Shown piece after piece: positions 10,101 through 17,866 of a DNA stretch of 64,000 nucleotides. Numbering within the stretch: the first letter of the stretch is position 1; every line of letters begins with the position of its first letter. The stretch covers positions 1 to 64,000 of the forward strand of contig JAZDKJ010000012.1 in assembly GCA_043803105.1 (NCBI GenBank). The letters are read 5' to 3'. The stretch comes from Candidatus Woesearchaeota archaeon (GTDB taxonomy: Archaea > Nanobdellota > Nanobdellia > Woesearchaeales > JAZDKJ01). The translations under genes were made by a program, and so were the position numbers. A model generated the notes under the pieces. That model was given only the letters and a program-made list of their open reading frames with translations, made no database searches and was not told the origin of the DNA.

Positions 10101-11706
10101 TAAGCCTGCTGGCTGGTTTTCTTTTTCTGTGCCCATTCCATCACAGGGAATAAACGAGCTTTCTGTTTGGTCTGTTGATGAGCTTGGTAACCTGGGGGTT
10201 AAGGCTGTCAGGCAGATAATGCTCGACACAACTCCCTTTAAGATTTATTCTTTTACGCCGCACAACCGCACAATCTCTGCTGAGAGTATGCCAAACATTA
10301 CTGTAGTGCTTGCTGATGAGAGCAGCCTGATAAACTCTTCCTCGATCATCCTGTCGTTGAATGGCGTACGCCATTCCTGTGCCTCTGATTTGGCGTGCTA
10401 CTCCAAGGGGCGCTATTTTGTTGTTGCATACAAGCCCTCTGCTCCGTTTGCAGATATGCAATACCTAGTGCATTTTGTTGGTTCTGACATATTGGGAAAC
10501 CAAAATTCCATTTCTTGGAGTTTTGGTGTGGATCAGACCTCCCCCTTGCTTCAGAGTTTTGAGGTCTTGGGCGGTCATTATTACAGGATTCCTTACGATG
10601 CATGGTTCACCAATAACAACCAGTTCTCAGTAAGGCTTCTTTTTGCCCCCGGGACAATCTCCGGCTCTGTCTCGGTTGGTTCTCTCAACCTCGATTGCTC
10701 CAACCTGGAAGAAAACGAAATTGGTTGCTCCCTTCCATCACAACTTTCTGACGGGAAATATGAGCTGGTTGGAAGTTTTAGGAAGTCTTTAGATCAAGGC
10801 CTTGGTAATCCTGGTAGGTTCACTTTGTTTGTGGTGGTTGACACTGTCAAACCACAAGTGAGCTTTGATAAGACCTATCCTTCCAGCAGGCTCTCGCAGC
10901 ATGTTACAGGCAGATACAGCGACCCCTCTATGGACCAGGATGATCTTGTGATGGTCACTGGCGATAGTCTTGCATTTCCAGTAAAGGCCAGGTTGGAAAG
11001 GTCAAGCTTCTCTGCTGACATTTTTCTGAATACTGCGGTTGAGGGCAACTACTCCGTAATTGCCACAGCCTTTGACAAGGCAGGTAACTCCGCAACTGCA
11101 CAGGCAGTGCTTGTCTACGACCTGAGATGTAGCCCTGTCAGGGTGTTGGATGTTGTTTCCAATCTTGGCGACAAGAGCGTATTCAAGACCTCAGATTTAT
11201 CCTACTCCACAAATGTGGGTACTGTGATAGATGCTTTGCGTGCTAACGGCATCGCAGAAGAAGGGGCCCTTAGGATTTTCTCCTCGTATAAGCGCGGAGA
11301 CTCTCGCACTATCGAAAGCCTGCAGCGAACCTCCACAATTGACCGGCAGTTTGCTATTAACCTCACGATTTACCAGGATGAGGGTGACAATTTCATTAGG
11401 TTCGAAAACTCTGATTTGGCCGGAAATAATTACAGTATTACCATTAACATCAGCTCTGATATTACCCCTCCCTCAAGTCCTGATGTCAAGGTCCAGCAGT
11501 CATTCTCTAAATTGGTTGGAATTGGCAGCACATCGCGGTCGTCAATTGTCTCTGTTCCAGAGCCTGTGTGTGAGAACCTTGTTGCTAACATCGAGAGGGA
11601 TTCCTGTCTGATTAACAGGCTGCTTTCTGGCTCTGCAGGTGTTTGCACCAAGATAACCAATTACCTTCTGAGGATTTCCTGCACTCCATTGGAGGTCGTG
11701 CCATGA
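4177..11706 (+). CDS. Giant (2509 aa) secreted adhesin-like protein: Cys-rich N-terminus, carboxypeptidase-regulatory/FN3-like and many Ig-like domains
   Basis: Sec-type signal peptide; repeated D-x-x-G-N and D-x-x-x-P Ig-boundary motifs; three internal repeats around aa 1370-1720. Confidence 0.8.
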   Translation: MLMTNLKLFLFLLLAIFSLIPLSEAAGCCAHIDFFNQGDYCVPNALTMDQCCPSAGVRYDSANPYLPDSRQECQNKFWFPSCSSSIGSKCYLGCCYDPITGCIGTTNDTCLGYFMAQKFVSGFPVDQRRSDGNPCYSRTGVAALAECTQDSTTSCSDYNSNQQTCSFKGCFWCQTATDKCIANCNACPSRQQDNNNDHICDSQASDNCADALRQNQADCISGQTMCKWCPALNQCMFNCDACAGKPFDTNPTDKVCDSGLNPQCADSEDNDNDGFTNTADFCCKDSTDIAEDNNCRCEEKGFCCPLGTLQCDHPVVQQYDHSSCATQCCTEPCKTIPVCSDSQIKFSSSKLANFCKCNNQPQNMTNPGVMDKFCCAGFMRDEPCTFTNFHGSVKDNEQILVLEPVSISLAGPSSYTFASYSGTFSHDVQPGTYTLTASLAGYETFTTQISISGQEKVYNIVLNKIVRLCNLDWPPIALKTYDVKCKKQVLVNWTFACQAKVISWTLYRGNVVIKDNIDKSVLKFLDDTVSWESSYDYHVVANMVNGQNTSNTVQIATGSPDCENICDGQHFCQGTPGSIVSCSAKNRLVLVEECDASQTCSIDRFGSPYCRSPDDCASTGLPFPNTFGMFGTFDNNIKHSCLTDSEGNVRSCYFDSSLTIADQCKDCLPETFCYDYQSESACSDDNCVSVKGSKRYTCAWFPNMPDSLKSGFGELGKGICYAPGYNGTEYCSRCSSSSSLFYNTHCTPQVCDLLGACFSKKGSCQACKVMPTEEYSSNQITKCSDFVDEKSCVQSNSAGASQPFHINRCANSLSGESFVLSRDACSLGVCKWKSGKCIKDANDDEIDDCSKLGVNCQKDSMPPKTTITKPQKVNHDGAVVAFSVSDYGWGSVPTNSFDTYYCLDLANSCCPLSKLGSSALTLSGDGTIPALVGVTGHVFLRFFSLDGYNNTEVIRSETIDVDTLRPSFVIGINISNSSNDEDTSILALTINASEPVHSCKDQLLKVADNSAQSLVSDGIIADTVLKPIYTDLDDGLYFYSINCTDSANNFNKTSNLIKIDRVHRIFNESPLEGRFAPSDIIKLSFKTFGERLDCFYERRQPTQGQRTLVSPTPSGNDYKYEVPFGTLPSGFYSYVIECELDHKKVDSSTILFVVDGLAPNTSISFEDYDNHFSAFRADSLYSRLKVKFVCDDSSSLIGSSPGSFGCAHTSYCADAVNSCSPAPGPQDGIVDLSGQSENFFLRYFSTDIGGNVEQLRSILVRVDKAAPILEIFVPKPGAVVGDQMLNVQGSWDDFADAAFVTLAWTSGVDANFTSFSASHDFSKQIRLFPGENKLSYRAEDHGVIGNPNIGSWQSLFVYYDTLGPDFSEVAITNHLGEQISFGSVAFYGRDINFSAKIVDSKWTNNITKANLSIECLNQSACSSYRRFFLMVGNGTRFRYTLKPRLSGILRPGPYQANIVAFDSLGNSNSFSSNFSVSGSTDLSAIILNHQGERIDDSSHSADYGRSISFIVESSTFEILSSVQAVLRCTTPSLCGSNPLLSTVDLIRSNRAYNYTLLPAPPGRILTPGIYEVIFLARDSFGKRDSLTLYFTVNDSSEVSAFAYNDLFERLDDSSHSARYGKRLYFNLTVNSPELVSSVQATIACVNRSLCGNYLENIPLERKGNSFFAVFVPARDGSGIFRPDLGLHNLLFTLKDNFGLYRTLLKNFTVADSSEPSINITVVTQTFNSVSGLPKVGVGKGSCKWYSVVVQADKPIKVNSLKAEVFNFDSDKPPLIDFNNLPRPILSFGNSTWTYRLCLPYESRYFRSLHGNNTKFLMDTEDFHHIHTAAILHGKFFEIDTFGGNAPKFFPNIPQTLYTKQNMLVLTGMLDPAEPISVFLNISGAIHATQAAGFSTVLGVEEVVASEGNHVEIAGNKQNLFAKGLFVRFENHNKTDITNYQIVDSVFQLSTQTTTLSLDSAPAAVPGEIIYLTDASKPAGWFSFSVPIPSQGINELSVWSVDELGNLGVKAVRQIMLDTTPFKIYSFTPHNRTISAESMPNITVVLADESSLINSSSIILSLNGVRHSCASDLACYSKGRYFVVAYKPSAPFADMQYLVHFVGSDILGNQNSISWSFGVDQTSPLLQSFEVLGGHYYRIPYDAWFTNNNQFSVRLLFAPGTISGSVSVGSLNLDCSNLEENEIGCSLPSQLSDGKYELVGSFRKSLDQGLGNPGRFTLFVVVDTVKPQVSFDKTYPSSRLSQHVTGRYSDPSMDQDDLVMVTGDSLAFPVKARLERSSFSADIFLNTAVEGNYSVIATAFDKAGNSATAQAVLVYDLRCSPVRVLDVVSNLGDKSVFKTSDLSYSTNVGTVIDALRANGIAEEGALRIFSSYKRGDSRTIESLQRTSTIDRQFAINLTIYQDEGDNFIRFENSDLAGNNYSITINISSDITPPSSPDVKVQQSFSKLVGIGSTSRSSIVSVPEPVCENLVANIERDSCLINRLLSGSAGVCTKITNYLLRISCTPLEVVP

Positions 11707-14700
11707 AGCCTGCAGTTTGCCTGTTTGTTTTCTTATTGTTAATTCCTTCGGTCTTCTCTGCAGTTTACACAAATAAGGAGAGGCCGTCCCTTAACGTGAC
11801 TTTCAATGAGCCAGTGACAATAGTCTCTGTTAAGCTCCTTCCAGGTGTTAGTGTTGACCTCTTGAAGAACATTTCAAACAGGATTTTTGTTTATGAGCCA
11901 AGGCAGTCATTGGCTCAAGGCATTTACACCCTGCAAGTTGTTGCTAAAGACTTTTTCGGCAATAAGGCAGAATATCAGGAGAATTTTGTTGTTGATTTCA
12001 CACCTCCCTCAATTAGTCTTTCCATCGGGGAAAATGCTCTTATCAGGCAAAAGGCATTGCTAGTTTCGTTTTCTTTGAGCGAGCCTGTTAACACAACTTA
12101 TGTTGAGCTTAACAAGCGTTCTGTTATTGATAAGTTCTCTGCAATTAATCTCACCTATTCTGCACTCCTCCAATTACAGGACGGTGACTCGTCCTTCTAC
12201 GTTTTTGCCTCAGACCTTGCAGGAAACTCAAACTCTATTCTTAGAAGATTCAGTTCCATTACAGGGCCAATTCAGTTTGCAATGGTCTCGCCAAGATATG
12301 GGGTAGCCAAGGAACAGCCTTTTGATTTCGTTTTTTCCACGAGCAGGTGGGCTGACTGCCGTTATGCTGACGAGCCTCTGAATTATTCCCAGATGGCCAA
12401 AAATGTGCAGACTGTAAATCACACTATCCACAAGATTGCAAGTGTGCCCTCTGCCCAGACTGTATATGTATCTTGCATTGACCAATATGGTGTGGCTGAG
12501 AATAATTCCAAGTTCTTTTCTCTAACCGTAGATTCAGAGGACCCTTCCATTCTTTCAAGTGCAGCCCAGCCTTCCAGAGTTGAGGACGAACCAGAGACTT
12601 TGCTTGTAGTAACAACTGACGAGCCCACCAAATGCCGTTATTCTGCAGCTGCAGAGGATTTTGATGACATGACAGAATTCAAGGATTCTTTTAACCATAC
12701 GAACCGGATTTCTGTTGCCACTCCCTCTGTAAACGGTGACTATTCGTTTACAGTGCAGTGCGAGGATAAGTCGGAAAGGAAGAGCCAAAGGGTTACAATT
12801 CATTATACAGTTTATCTTGGCTTCGGCCTTCAGATCTATGATCATACCAATGAGTTCTTTCACACAACAGCACCCTATGTTAATTTTTCTACAAGCAAGA
12901 GGTCTCAGTGTTACATCAGCAATGATTCCTCCCGCCCCACAAAGAGCTTTGTTGGTTCAGGTACTTCCTTCTTAAAGACCCTGTACCTGAGCCCTGGCAG
13001 TTTCACTTACTACGTTTACTGTTATACTGTTGGTAACAGTTCGCAAAGCAGGAAAAAGACTGTCAGTTTCACAATTGACCTTACACCGCCAATGATTATT
13101 TACGTAAATGATTCCAACCCTGAGCTTTCCTCAAACCCAGAATACACTTACAGGCTTGACAGGATTTTCGCGAGCTGGCTCGCATTGGATAATGAGACTG
13201 GCATTGAGTCCTACCTTGTGCAGGTTGTCTCAGACGATTTCCTTAGTAGTTTAATGGTCTTCAACAAGACCATGAGTGAGCGAAGCGGTTGGCTCTATGG
13301 TTCGCTTAACAACTCAAAAAAGTATTATATCAAGGTCCGTGCCTTGAATAAGGCAAAGATGTGGAGCAATGAGCTCTCGAGCAATGGCATTACCGTCAAC
13401 TCCATGCTCTTGCCTGACTCATGCAAGAACAATGTTAAGGACAGCTCTGAGACTGACATTGACTGCGGAGGTTCTATCTGTGCTAGGTGTGCCTCTGGAA
13501 AGCATTGTTTGAAGAACCTCGATTGCACTAATGATTTCTGCGATGTTGATTACAAATGTTCTATTGCAACATGCAACAACAACGGTATGGCAGAATCTGG
13601 CGAAGCCTGCGATACCTCAGACTTGAATGGCAAGTTGTGTGCAAATTTTGATTCATTTTCCTCCGGTGCCCTTGCCTGCAACAAGCATTGTGATTTTGAT
13701 ACAGCCAGCTGCCTGGTTTGCGATAATGATGGTCGTGCAGATTCTGGCGAGCCATGCGATGGCTCTGAACTTCGCCAAAAGAGCTGTAAGTTTTTCGGCT
13801 TTACCGGTGGCTCTCTTGGTTGTGATTCTAATTGTCAGTTTGTTTTCAACAGCTGTAATGGCTATAGCTGCAATCAAAATAATAAAGCAGAGTCTGGTGA
13901 GGTCTGTGACAGTATTGATTTGCGCTCTCGTACTTGCCAGGGTTTTGCCAACTTCACTGGGGGGAAGCTTTCTTGTACTGATGATTGCGAGCTAGATTTT
14001 GCCGGTTGCACTACCTGCGATAATGATAACCGTGCAGAGAATGGTGAAGCCTGTGATGGCACTGATCTGCGCTCTCGCGCATGCAAGGATTTTGATGGTT
14101 TTGGAACTGGCATTCTTGCCTGTAAAAATTGTGATTTTGTCACACAAGGATGTATTGTGGAGCAGCTTAGTTCATGTCTCGATGACATAAAGAATGGTTT
14201 TGAGACTGATGTGGACTGCGGTGGTTCCTGCCCCAAGTGCCCTGATGGTAACGCATGCAAGTCAAATAGCGATTGTTCTTCTGGACATTGTGATATCAGT
14301 AGGCTCAGATGTGCTGCTGACCATTGTTCTAATGGCAAGCTCGATCCTGGAGAGCCTGATGTGGATTGTGGAGGCTCATGCCCTGCTCGCTGTTCTATTG
14401 GTCTGAACTGCGATTATCCTGAGGATTGCAGCTCAGGTCTGACATGCTTTGAAAATGTTTGCATTGAGCAGGCATCTGACAGCGATGCTGACAGCATTGA
14501 TGACAAGTTGGATAATTGTCCCGCTGATTACAACCCTGACCAGCTTGATTCTGACAAGGATGGATCCGGCGATGTCTGTGACGAGGACAATGACAATGAT
14601 GGTATGCCTGATTCTTGGGAGACACAGAACTCCCTGAATCCTCTTGATCCTGCTGATGCGATTATGGACAATGATAATGATGGTTTGACAAATCTTGAAG

Positions 14701-15311
14701 AGTACAATCACTTGACAGACCCGAGCAATTCTGATACTGACTATGACGGTTGGACTGACAAGCAGGAGGTTGACAAAGGAACTGATCCCCTTGATCCTTC
14801 AAGCCATCCAAAATCAGTTTGGCTGACTGTTCTGCTTGCTGTCTTGATAATCTGCTTGTTTGGTGTGGGTGGCTACTTTGGCTACATCAAATTCCAGGAC
14901 TATAGGAAGTCTAAGCCTGCTGCCTTTACTGGAATAGCATCTTCAAGTTTGCTAAAACCCTTCAGACCTATAGTTCAGCAGTTGCAGAGGTTCACAAGGC
15001 CGCGTATTGACAAGTCCAAGATTCGAGCAAAGGCCTTTGAGTCATTCAAGCAGTCAGAGCCCAAGGTAGAGGCTAAGGTAGAGACTCCAAAGCCAAAGCA
15101 GCCCCTGCCTTCAGCTGACGAGTATGTTCCTATTGAGCAGGTCCAGGAAAAGGCAAGAAAAGAGGCTATCTTGTCCAAGATAAAGAAAAAGGAGGTCTTC
15201 GGCCGCTTAGGCAATCTCTCTAAGGGCAAAGAGGATGTTATGCAGAAGCTTTCAAAGCTTGCTGAATCAAGAAAGGGTGCAAAAGATTCACAGAAAAGGC
15301 AGCAGAAATGA
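11703..15311 (+). CDS. Membrane-anchored surface protein: Ig/FN3-like domains, Cys-rich repeats, thrombospondin type 3-like Ca-binding repeats, C-terminal TM and basic tail
   Basis: Start MKPAVCLFVFLLL overlaps the upstream stop (ATGA); ETDxDCGG and GExCD repeats; DNCPADYNPDQLDSDKDGSGDVCD; TM WLTVLLAVLIICLFGVGGYFGY. Confidence 0.8.
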   Translation: MKPAVCLFVFLLLIPSVFSAVYTNKERPSLNVTFNEPVTIVSVKLLPGVSVDLLKNISNRIFVYEPRQSLAQGIYTLQVVAKDFFGNKAEYQENFVVDFTPPSISLSIGENALIRQKALLVSFSLSEPVNTTYVELNKRSVIDKFSAINLTYSALLQLQDGDSSFYVFASDLAGNSNSILRRFSSITGPIQFAMVSPRYGVAKEQPFDFVFSTSRWADCRYADEPLNYSQMAKNVQTVNHTIHKIASVPSAQTVYVSCIDQYGVAENNSKFFSLTVDSEDPSILSSAAQPSRVEDEPETLLVVTTDEPTKCRYSAAAEDFDDMTEFKDSFNHTNRISVATPSVNGDYSFTVQCEDKSERKSQRVTIHYTVYLGFGLQIYDHTNEFFHTTAPYVNFSTSKRSQCYISNDSSRPTKSFVGSGTSFLKTLYLSPGSFTYYVYCYTVGNSSQSRKKTVSFTIDLTPPMIIYVNDSNPELSSNPEYTYRLDRIFASWLALDNETGIESYLVQVVSDDFLSSLMVFNKTMSERSGWLYGSLNNSKKYYIKVRALNKAKMWSNELSSNGITVNSMLLPDSCKNNVKDSSETDIDCGGSICARCASGKHCLKNLDCTNDFCDVDYKCSIATCNNNGMAESGEACDTSDLNGKLCANFDSFSSGALACNKHCDFDTASCLVCDNDGRADSGEPCDGSELRQKSCKFFGFTGGSLGCDSNCQFVFNSCNGYSCNQNNKAESGEVCDSIDLRSRTCQGFANFTGGKLSCTDDCELDFAGCTTCDNDNRAENGEACDGTDLRSRACKDFDGFGTGILACKNCDFVTQGCIVEQLSSCLDDIKNGFETDVDCGGSCPKCPDGNACKSNSDCSSGHCDISRLRCAADHCSNGKLDPGEPDVDCGGSCPARCSIGLNCDYPEDCSSGLTCFENVCIEQASDSDADSIDDKLDNCPADYNPDQLDSDKDGSGDVCDEDNDNDGMPDSWETQNSLNPLDPADAIMDNDNDGLTNLEEYNHLTDPSNSDTDYDGWTDKQEVDKGTDPLDPSSHPKSVWLTVLLAVLIICLFGVGGYFGYIKFQDYRKSKPAAFTGIASSSLLKPFRPIVQQLQRFTRPRIDKSKIRAKAFESFKQSEPKVEAKVETPKPKQPLPSADEYVPIEQVQEKARKEAILSKIKKKEVFGRLGNLSKGKEDVMQKLSKLAESRKGAKDSQKRQQK

Positions 15312-15817
15312 GAAAGTCGCAGATTATTGGTCAGGTCTTTATTTACAGTATGGCTGCTATCACCTTTGGCCTGATTCTTCTTTTCGGCTATAAAGCTGTC
15401 TCAAACCTGACAAATCAGGGCAAGAGTGTTTCCTTGCTTCAGCTGCGTAATGATGTCCAGACAGCGATCAACAGCATCGGCTCAAGCGCTGATGTTGAAA
15501 AAGCAGTGCTCCGCATCCCGAGCGGTTATTCAAAGATCTGTTTTCTTGGAAACGTGAGTGATGTTGAAAAATTGCAGACCTGTCTTTGCGATAGTAATTA
15601 TTGCGGTTCCAAGCAGGACTTTAACCCAGTTATCTGCAATGCCTGGAAAAGCTCTGCAAGGCAGAATGTTTTTCTTTATCCAATGGCTGATGTGCAGATT
15701 GTGGTGGGCAAGCTTGACCTCATAGATAGATACCTTTGTGTGCCTGTCAAGCAGGGTAAGGTTGAATTGAGGCTTCAAGGTCTTGGGGATGCCACTCGCA
15801 TTTCTGCGTGGGGCTAA
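15308..15817 (+). CDS. Pilin-like protein (class III signal); core domain shared with the 37.8-44.7 kb array
   Basis: MRKSQ plus hydrophobic helix; GLILLFGY, ICFL, NVFL, LCV motifs align with the array N-termini. Confidence 0.75.
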   Translation: MRKSQIIGQVFIYSMAAITFGLILLFGYKAVSNLTNQGKSVSLLQLRNDVQTAINSIGSSADVEKAVLRIPSGYSKICFLGNVSDVEKLQTCLCDSNYCGSKQDFNPVICNAWKSSARQNVFLYPMADVQIVVGKLDLIDRYLCVPVKQGKVELRLQGLGDATRISAWG

Positions 15818-15818
15818 G

Positions 15819-16886
15819 ATGCGCCGTGCGGTTATTGAGGTACAGTTCAACTGGATCTTTGTTTTGATTGTTGGTGCAATCATCCTGTCTTTTTTCGTTG
15901 GCATTGTCTTGAAGCAGAAAGATGTTTCTATAAAGACTATTGGTGTGAAGCTTGCTTATGACCTTGAGACAATTACTACCGGTGCTGAGGTGAGTAAGGA
16001 GACTGCACAGATTATCAAGGTCCCAGACCTTGGCATCTCCTTCAGTTCAAAGGGCTGTCTGCGCCAGTACACCATAGGTACAGGCACAAAGCAGTACAAG
16101 GAAAAGGTCATTTTCGCTCCTGATAGGATTGAGGGTACAGAGCTTCTCTCATGGACCCTTCCTTGGTACATGCCTTACCGAAATACCAATTTTCTTCTTT
16201 TCAGCAGCCGCTACCTTAGGTACATTCTGGTGAATGATGAGACTAATGAAGGTATTGCCCTGGTTAACAAAGTCAAGGGTATCTTGCCAGAAGTTGTCTA
16301 CTCTGAGGTCATCAAGAGTTCCCAAATGAATTCAGTTATAAATCAGAAAAACTACAAGGTTCGCTTCATTTTTTTTGGAAATGCTCAGCCTTTGCAAGTG
16401 CCTGCAGACCTTAGCAGTATGGACGATATTGATGTTTCAGCAATCCACGTTTCTTGTTCAGCAGACCTTCAATCCGGAACTCTTCAATTTTACAGAAAGC
16501 ATGGCAATAATTTTGAGTCCTTTGGCTCGCAGACTTTCTTTCTTGGTTCTGCTTCTCTTTTTGGTGCGATTTTCGCTGATGACCCTGAGCTGTATGACTG
16601 CAATATGCAGGAGGCCTTCAAGAGGATGTCTTTTGTTACAAGGCTTTTGCTGAATCGAACAACCATGCTCTACAATGATCCTACCACCTCAAGCTGTAAG
16701 AATGATTACTTTGCAGCCATTGATAAACTCAAGCAGATTGCCGCCAAGGCGGTCGTTTGCTCAACCGATTTTCCTTTGACAAGCTGTGATGTGTCTGAAA
16801 TTCGCTCGTATGTCTATGATCCCTCCACAGGCCTGGAAAGGCTTAACGGCAATCTTCAGCTTCATTCATGTTCGGAGATGTACTGA
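15819..16886 (+). CDS. Pilin-like protein
   Basis: MRRA-VIEVQFNWIFVLIVGAIILSFF; start 1 nt after the upstream stop. Confidence 0.7.
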   Translation: MRRAVIEVQFNWIFVLIVGAIILSFFVGIVLKQKDVSIKTIGVKLAYDLETITTGAEVSKETAQIIKVPDLGISFSSKGCLRQYTIGTGTKQYKEKVIFAPDRIEGTELLSWTLPWYMPYRNTNFLLFSSRYLRYILVNDETNEGIALVNKVKGILPEVVYSEVIKSSQMNSVINQKNYKVRFIFFGNAQPLQVPADLSSMDDIDVSAIHVSCSADLQSGTLQFYRKHGNNFESFGSQTFFLGSASLFGAIFADDPELYDCNMQEAFKRMSFVTRLLLNRTTMLYNDPTTSSCKNDYFAAIDKLKQIAAKAVVCSTDFPLTSCDVSEIRSYVYDPSTGLERLNGNLQLHSCSEMY

Positions 16887-17362
16887 TGAAGTCTCAGATT
16901 AAGATGGGTGAAACGATCGCCATTCTGATTATTTTCTTCTTCCTGGTTGTTTTCGGTTTCAGTTTCTATGTAAGGATGCAAACGACTGCTTTTGATCAGC
17001 AGGGCAAGGAAAATATTGACTTAAGGTCGATCCAGACAGCCCAGAAGTTTAGCTTCCTTCCTGAACTGCAAAAGAGTGTGAAGGGTGTGCAGACAGACAA
17101 TTGTTTTGATTTGCTCAAGATTGCTGCCTTCACAAAGCTTTTGAATGAGTCTGATGCTTACAGTTATTATAGGAACCTTCTTGGTTATGCAGAATTCCGC
17201 ATAAAGATTGTCTATCCTGGCCCAAAGGAGTTCTTGATTTTTTCTCCGAATGTCTCGACAAAAATTGCGCATAATCTTTCCACCCTTGTTCCTGTTTCTG
17301 TTTATAATGCAACAGCCGATTCTTATGCGTTTGGAGTTTTGATGGTGAACGTATATGGCTAA
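16886..17362 (+). CDS. Pilin-like protein
   Basis: MKSQ-IKMGETIAILIIFFFLVVFG; TGATG stop/start overlap. Confidence 0.7.
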   Translation: MKSQIKMGETIAILIIFFFLVVFGFSFYVRMQTTAFDQQGKENIDLRSIQTAQKFSFLPELQKSVKGVQTDNCFDLLKIAAFTKLLNESDAYSYYRNLLGYAEFRIKIVYPGPKEFLIFSPNVSTKIAHNLSTLVPVSVYNATADSYAFGVLMVNVYG

Positions 17363-17831
17363 AGCTCAGATGGAGGTGATGGGTCTTGTTGTGGTCATAA
17401 TACTGTTGACCATAGGTCTTCTCTTGATTGTTCAGTTTGTAGTGCTAAAGGAGCCTACACAGCTAAAGCAACGCCAGTCAGAGTCGCAGCTTGCTGCCAA
17501 TTTCATCAGCACCTTGCTTCAGACCTCCACAGCCTGCAGCAATTATCAGATAAGTTCCCTCATCCAGAACTGCGCAACAAGGAATGATATCACCTGTTCA
17601 GGTCAATCTGCATGCAAATATGTGAATCAGACAATATCTTTTATAGTGAATCAGACCCTTGTTTCATGGCACAAATCGTTTAATCTCACAGTCTCCGGAA
17701 CCAGTGACACCTTTCCGCCTCGCGGGATAGTGTTTACCAGAGGAGATTGCACAGGCACCAAGGAATCCAAGTTTTATGCCATCCACGCAGGAAGCAAGAC
17801 CGTAATTGTCAATCTCGACATCTGCACTTAA
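17355..17831 (+). CDS. Pilin-like protein
   Basis: MAKAQ-MEVMGLVVVIILLTIGLLLI. Confidence 0.75.
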   Translation: MAKAQMEVMGLVVVIILLTIGLLLIVQFVVLKEPTQLKQRQSESQLAANFISTLLQTSTACSNYQISSLIQNCATRNDITCSGQSACKYVNQTISFIVNQTLVSWHKSFNLTVSGTSDTFPPRGIVFTRGDCTGTKESKFYAIHAGSKTVIVNLDICT

Positions 17832-17866
17832 GTCAGCTTTTTATATTCTATAGTGAAAAACATCCT

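Noticed and set aside
1-15311. Eukaryotic contamination suggested by the Cys-rich proteins
   Set aside because: Intronless, with overlapping stop/start codons, and continuous with archaeal-type genes of similar composition
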